A DNA stretch of 64,000 nucleotides from Gemmatimonadota bacterium (lineage in GTDB: Bacteria; Latescibacterota; UBA2968; UBA8231). Every line of letters begins with the position of its first letter. Within the stretch, counting starts at the first letter, position 1. The stretch spans positions 13,650 to 77,649 of the forward strand of contig JAYPJE010000016.1 in assembly GCA_038128265.1 (NCBI GenBank), read 5' to 3'. This document shows, piece by piece, positions 59,007-64,000 of the stretch. The notes beneath the pieces were generated by a model. That model saw only the letters and a list, made by a program, of their open reading frames with translations, had not been told where the DNA came from and ran no database searches. The position numbers and the translations under genes were made by a program.

Positions 59007-59873
59007 TCATTCGACGCAGCGGCCCAGGGCGTGAAGTGCCTGTAACGCGCGCTCGGACAGATCGCCACCGTCCGCTCGACGCCCGTTTTCCACCACGTGA
59101 TCGGCATTCGTCGTACCGACAATCGCCGAATGAATGGCCGAATGCGAAAGCGTAAAGCGCAGCGCCCACTCCAACGGATCCTCTTCGATGCCCTCATCGC
59201 GCAACAGCGCGCGCACCGATTCCCAGTGGGGGCCTCTGTAAAAATGGGGCGTGTCGGGCAACAAAAGTCGTGCGTTGGCGATCGGCCGCTTGGCCACTAC
59301 GCCCATACCCGCGCGCGCTGCAGCCGGCAGCACCGCATCGAGAGCGGCTTGGTTAACGATGTTAAACGTGACCTGCAGCGCGTCAAATACGCCCAGCGCA
59401 ACGGCACACAGCGCATCGTCGCCGTCGCCACTATAGCCTATGTAGCGAACTTTACCGCCCTCTTTAGCCCTTAGAAGGGCTTCGACGGCATGACCGGCAC
59501 GCAGCACATCGGCCGAACAGGTGTGCAAATAGACTAGGTCCAAGCATTCGAGTCCCATGCGCTGCAGCGAGCGATCTATGCTGTGCTCAATCACTTCAGG
59601 CGTGTAGGCAACACCTTCCTCCCCATCGCATAAGCATCCACATTTAGTGGCAATGACGAACGCTTCTTTAGTACGGCCGAGAAGTCGGCCGATAAGCGCC
59701 TCGCTGTGCGCATAACAATCGGCTGTGTCGATAAAGTTGATCCCTTCTTCACGCAGTGTGTTGAACAGCGAACGAACCTGTTCGACGGCGCCGCCCTCAC
59801 CTATACGCGCCGCGCCAAAACCGTGGCGACTGACAACCAAGTCGGTCTCACCCAGCTGAACACAACCTGTCAT
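59007..59873 (-). CDS. Aldo/keto reductase
   Basis: FIDTADCY, IATKCG, SLQRMG..CLDLVYLH, GKVRYIGYS. Confidence 0.9.
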   Translation of the reverse strand: MTGCVQLGETDLVVSRHGFGAARIGEGGAVEQVRSLFNTLREEGINFIDTADCYAHSEALIGRLLGRTKEAFVIATKCGCLCDGEEGVAYTPEVIEHSIDRSLQRMGLECLDLVYLHTCSADVLRAGHAVEALLRAKEGGKVRYIGYSGDGDDALCAVALGVFDALQVTFNIVNQAALDAVLPAAARAGMGVVAKRPIANARLLLPDTPHFYRGPHWESVRALLRDEGIEEDPLEWALRFTLSHSAIHSAIVGTTNADHVVENGRRADGGDLSERALQALHALGRCVE

Positions 59874-60435
59874 ATGCACCCCTTCTTTCCATCTAGCCGT
59901 GCGCAATTACGGCGGCATTACCATAAATACAACTTGCACTCGGCGGTAAAGCAATAGGTCGTTTCACGCATACATTTCTCCACTTTTCAATAAAAATGCC
60001 ATAGAATAGTCCATTGCGACCCATCGCTCAGCCCTATGTTTAAACCATCTGATTTTCCACGTACTAAGTGCGAGGGATATATGCGAGTCCATCTCGTCGA
60101 ATGGCATGCACAGGGATCCAATGGGCCAACCTCCTTTGCCCGCCACGTAGATTATTTGCGCCAACTCTCTGCGAATAAAGGTGAATACCCCACCTTGGTG
60201 TACAGCATTCACAGCATTGTGCACCTGTGGGGATCCTGCCTGTGGGCGACGGATAACCTCACACAGCTAGTTAACGAACTCAGCCACTGGCACAGCCACA
60301 TCGCATACCAAATCTCACCGTGTTTTCAACCAGAAAATCAGCTACAGCAAATGCAACGGGCCATCCCGTTAGCCGCAGGACCGACCTGCCTATACCTCAC
60401 GTGTAACTGGATCACACCCTGAAAGGAGTGTTGTC

Positions 60436-60732
60436 ATGCTGTATAGAGCCGATTGGAGCATGCCCAACAATACGCATCGAAACGATATCTTTTCTCGCTT
60501 TATCGAAAGCGGTGAAAACCCCACCTACCAATTGCCGGATGGCCTCACTATGCTCGGTCGCTGGCACGATGTAAGTGGCCTGCGCGGAACGAGTATCTGG
60601 GAGACGGATGACGTCGAACTGCTGATACAGTGGATGCAGCACTGGAACGACAAACTGCAGATCGACATTACCCCGTGCGTAGACGACGAGGCCGCCGCAC
60701 GCATCGTTAGCAACGCGCTGCAGTTATCCTAG
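60436..60732 (+). CDS. DUF3303-like small protein
   Basis: GLTMLGRWH, W...WND....ITP.VDD; AAGGAG RBS. Confidence 0.7.
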   Translation: MLYRADWSMPNNTHRNDIFSRFIESGENPTYQLPDGLTMLGRWHDVSGLRGTSIWETDDVELLIQWMQHWNDKLQIDITPCVDDEAAARIVSNALQLS

Positions 60733-60756
60733 CTGCGCGAAGAAAGAAAAATTAAT

Positions 60757-61077
60757 ATGGCGATCATGGAACGTTGGATTCACCAGATCCGAGACCACGC
60801 CGCGTGGGATGAGATCATGACCCACGAAAAACAGTGGATCGAAATCGAACAGGGTCTGGGAGGCTTCCCACATAAGCGCTATTACCAACCCCTAGCGGGC
60901 AGCGAAGATTCACTCAAATTCATTTGGGAGAGAGAGTGGGACAATATGTCGACCATGGAGCAACATTATGGAAGGTTAACAGAAGCCGAGAAGTCCGCCG
61001 AACTCGGCGAAAAAACCGCCCAATTAGTCGTACACATTCGCCGAGAGCTGTTCTTTGTTCGAACGCTAGCGGAATAG
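60757..61077 (+). CDS. Hypothetical protein (NIPSNAP/dimeric alpha-beta barrel-like)
   Basis: WEREWDNM..ME and RRELF patterns; co-oriented in a small operon. Confidence 0.55.
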   Translation: MAIMERWIHQIRDHAAWDEIMTHEKQWIEIEQGLGGFPHKRYYQPLAGSEDSLKFIWEREWDNMSTMEQHYGRLTEAEKSAELGEKTAQLVVHIRRELFFVRTLAE

Positions 61078-61104
61078 AATGCCTCTTAAAACAGGAGATA
61101 TACC

Positions 61105-61629
61105 ATGAATAGACTAAACGCGCTATACGTTCTTCTCGTGATTTTTGTTACGAATGCAGCGAGCCAAGAAGACAATGGATATGAACCAAGTGCCGCATTT
61201 AAGCGTATGGAAACGTTGGTCGGCACGTGGAAAGGCACCTTGATTCGCTCCAACGGCGATACCTTAGACCTCAAACTGAACTATAAAGTCATATCAAACC
61301 GTAGCACGATCGTGGAAACCGTCTTTGAAGACGATACGGAAATGGTAACACTGTATCACGACGAGGGCGAAAAATTGGTAATGACGCACTATTGCGCACT
61401 TATGAACCAACCCATGCTCAACGAATCGCGGCTCACAGCAAATTCGATCCACTTTGAACAAAGCCCTTCGTGCACTCTGAGCCAGGACAAAGACGCATAC
61501 GTAAATACCTACTCGCTGACTGTCGATCCAGACAATCCATCCGTGTTAAAAACGCGCTATACGGTGGTCTTTCCAGACCAACCCATGTGGATAAACGACG
61601 GTCTCGTGGAAAAGGTCAACGAATTATAG
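61105..61629 (+). CDS. Secreted hypothetical protein
   Basis: Signal peptide, LVGTWKG, MVTLYH, MTHYC..NQP; AGGAG RBS. Confidence 0.7.
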   Translation: MNRLNALYVLLVIFVTNAASQEDNGYEPSAAFKRMETLVGTWKGTLIRSNGDTLDLKLNYKVISNRSTIVETVFEDDTEMVTLYHDEGEKLVMTHYCALMNQPMLNESRLTANSIHFEQSPSCTLSQDKDAYVNTYSLTVDPDNPSVLKTRYTVVFPDQPMWINDGLVEKVNEL

Positions 61630-61649
61630 CATGTGATATTCCAATTAAG

Positions 61650-61694
61650 AAAACGCCTTCTGATCGGCCAATTTACCTGATCAGAAGGCGTTTT
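61650..61694. terminator. Bidirectional intrinsic terminator
   Basis: AAAACGCCTTCTGATC ... GATCAGAAGGCGTTTT between convergent genes. Confidence 0.85.
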
Positions 61695-61733
61695 GCGTTC
61701 GATGTCTCAGCCGCCTATCGGCGAAGTTAGTTC

Positions 61734-64000
61734 CTAGGCTTCTCTGCCATTGGCAACCAACTCCAACGTGACAATCTCCTTAGCACCAGCCTCTATCTCG
61801 ACGATATTTCCTCCGTCTCCGGTGGGCGCCAGATCGCGCAGGCGATTTTCTGCGAGGTCGCACTCAAACGCGCGATCCACATTCATCCCCACCTGCAGGC
61901 GCGCGCGCAGTGTCTCAGTCGTCGGATTGTAGAAGCGCACAATCAGCCCGTCGCGACCGTCCGCCCTTTTGCAGGCAGATAGGACGAGCGGTGCCGGCTG
62001 CAGCGCCAGCAGCGGCGCATGGGCCGCGATTACACCGTCGTGCAAGGTCGTCTGCGCAAGGTGTGGAGGTGCATTAAACGCGTAGGCTTGGGCAGCGGCA
62101 GCCGCCCGCTCTGATCCATACGGCACCAAGGCATATTCGCATATAAAGGCGCCTTTACACTGGGCTTCCGGTGTCGGAAATACGCCCCAATCGCCGAGTC
62201 GATCGACGGCGCGCAGCACCGTCAGCGCAATGGTATTGCGGCCGTCCTGCAGCACTTCGTATTCCGGCAAACCGCGGTTGGCCACCAGCAATCCACCGTC
62301 GGCATCGTCGACCGCAACAAATGCCTGCTGGGGATGACAGTTCGATGGATTTTCCCACACTTCACTCGGAACAATCGCCCGCTCGACCTGATCAAACTGG
62401 CCGTCGGCAACGGCCGTAGCGCTATCTATATCGGTTGGAAAGAGCACGCGCAAACGGTGGTTTTCCGATGTATTGTCGAGCGACAGGCGCACCTCTAAGC
62501 GGCGACTGTGCCGCCCCAAGCGCAACTCGTAGGAAACCGGCAGAGCCCGTCCGCGCACCTGCAGCACCGTTTCTATGCAGCAAATCTGATAGACGCCGTT
62601 GTCCTCTATGGGACCAACCTTCGTTTTGTCGGATTCCGCATGGACCACCTCATCATCGTCCGGTATGCGGTAATTGTATTCGTCTCCGCAATCCCAGCTA
62701 TCTTCGAGTCTATGTAGGTCGCAAAAGCGCCGTCCGCTGGCTTTATCAACCAGATCAAAGCGGCCATCGGCGTGCAGTTCAACGCGCAGAAAATCGTTTT
62801 CGAGCGCGTCGGCGCGTCGAGACTCGGCCACCGCTTCGGCTGCAAAAACGCCGTAGGCGCCCAGACCGCCAGCCGGCAGCGGCGCCTCAAAAACGAGGCG
62901 CACGCGACGCCGATCATAGGGTTCGCGAAAACCGACGTCGGGCAGGTGGTAGTCCCATACTACGCCGCAGTCTTCAGCTACGTGAGTAGGTAGGGCATGG
63001 CCTTCTGCATCGCGCACGACGAAGCCGACCGTCGCATCGTCCTCGGGCAGATCGATGCTGGCTTCAAGCACTTCAACGCGGTCGTGCGGCAGCGGATTAT
63101 AGGCGACAACGGCCGTGAGCGCATCGGCAAAAACCGCCGTATTTACCTGGCCTGCTATATACTCCATGTGCTCGCGACACAGCTGCTGCGCCAGAATCGC
63201 ACACTTTTCAAAGCGCGTGTCCATTTCCCGATGCACTTCGTCGCAGGAGCAGCCACAAATGCTGTCGTGCGGATGGTTTTGCATCAGGGTTTTCCAGGCG
63301 TACCACACCATATCTTCGTCGTAGCCGCCTCCGTAGCAGGCCGCCAGTGCGCCCAGCGGCTCGACGCCCCTTTCCAACAGGGTCTGACACACCCAGTTGG
63401 CGCGCTTTTGATACAGGCGGCTGCTCAATACATTGGTCAGCGTGCCCCAACCATCGGTGTATTCACTGCGCATCTCGCCCTCTTTAACTTGCAAGTCTTT
63501 TACCTCTGCGCGGAGGGACTCCAAATAGGCATCAAAGCTAGAGTGAATCAGTTCGGCGTCTTCGACCTCGGCATTGGCCAAACGCAGCGCCGTGCTAATA
63601 TCGGGCTGCGAAGGGGTGTGATCGCAGCCGTTCATAAACAGCAGCTGCGACGTCGTGGCAAAGCGCAAACAGGCGTCGCGCGTCTTGTCGACGTACGCTT
63701 TGACCTCGCCCTCTGCCGCGGGTATGGTCATCGCATTGGCATACCAATTGGCCATAAAGACACCCAAAACTTCGGAGCCGTCGGGCGCGCGCCAGGTAAA
63801 CTCCGACTTATAGCCAATGGCCGCCGGATCGTCGCTGTCGACATCGGGGTTGTAGCTATTAACGCCACGCCCAAATACGGCATTGTCGATCCCAAAACCG
63901 CGTAGGATCTGCGGCATCTGTCCAATATTGCCGAAGCTATCGGGCAAATAACCCAGCAGGCACGGCGTGCCGAACAGACGAGCGCGCTTCAGTCCCAGCG
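61734..64000 (-). CDS. GH38 alpha-mannosidase family (5' end outside the window)
   Basis: Frame open to the window edge; GYLPDSFG, NGCDH, HPHDSICGCS, HRLRVLFP. Confidence 0.92.
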   Translation of the reverse strand, partial: LGLKRARLFGTPCLLGYLPDSFGNIGQMPQILRGFGIDNAVFGRGVNSYNPDVDSDDPAAIGYKSEFTWRAPDGSEVLGVFMANWYANAMTIPAAEGEVKAYVDKTRDACLRFATTSQLLFMNGCDHTPSQPDISTALRLANAEVEDAELIHSSFDAYLESLRAEVKDLQVKEGEMRSEYTDGWGTLTNVLSSRLYQKRANWVCQTLLERGVEPLGALAACYGGGYDEDMVWYAWKTLMQNHPHDSICGCSCDEVHREMDTRFEKCAILAQQLCREHMEYIAGQVNTAVFADALTAVVAYNPLPHDRVEVLEASIDLPEDDATVGFVVRDAEGHALPTHVAEDCGVVWDYHLPDVGFREPYDRRRVRLVFEAPLPAGGLGAYGVFAAEAVAESRRADALENDFLRVELHADGRFDLVDKASGRRFCDLHRLEDSWDCGDEYNYRIPDDDEVVHAESDKTKVGPIEDNGVYQICCIETVLQVRGRALPVSYELRLGRHSRRLEVRLSLDNTSENHRLRVLFPTDIDSATAVADGQFDQVERAIVPSEVWENPSNCHPQQAFVAVDDADGGLLVANRGLPEYEVLQDGRNTIALTVLRAVDRLGDWGVFPTPEAQCKGAFICEYALVPYGSERAAAAAQAYAFNAPPHLAQTTLHDGVIAAHAPLLALQPAPLVLSACKRADGRDGLIVRFYNPTTETLRARLQVGMNVDRAFECDLAENRLRDLAPTGDGGNIVEIEAGAKEIVTLELVANGREA

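Noticed and set aside
59964..60422. Overlapping ORFs 59964-60224(-) and 60036-60422(+)
   Set aside because: No motifs or clear RBS; neither can be supported.
1..64000. CRISPR arrays, tRNA/rRNA, transposases, integrases, defence systems
   Set aside because: None recognised by eye; covariance-model and HMM searches were not possible.

Overview
GC-rich bacterial window, densely coding. Taxonomy is inferred, not proven: Gram-negative, most like Ca. Latescibacterota or an FCB-group relative, judging from FlgD/T9SS-like C-terminal domains and 'TAVExxSWGxIK' tails. Left half (1-27 kb) is accessory metabolism: a eukaryote-like alkyl-DHAP synthase (partial), PhyH dioxygenase, RraA/aldolase, sulfatase, isochorismatase, two convergent Spy/CpxP-like genes with matching ECF-sigma-like promoters, an operon of two heterodimeric ABC exporters + AKR + RPH-like phosphotransferase + hydrolase, YgiQ, UxuA, and TetR + ABC1 kinase. 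Right half (27.5-64 kb) is a glycan (pectin) utilisation region with PL1, PL10, a PQQ-type dehydrogenase, GH38, sugar ABC components and AraC, but no SusC/SusD or TonB receptor. Instead, a ~21 kb co-oriented cluster encodes a PpiC lipoprotein, three paralogous secreted proteins with TPNGD/FlgD-type C-terminal domains, two paralogous ~890-aa predicted outer-membrane beta-barrels, a GT-C/TPR membrane protein and a CBM9-like protein. Two paralogous polytopic membrane proteins lie upstream, and GACAT direct repeats are shared by the AraC and cluster promoters. This cluster is the best candidate for an undescribed system. No rRNA, tRNA, CRISPR or mobile element was seen.
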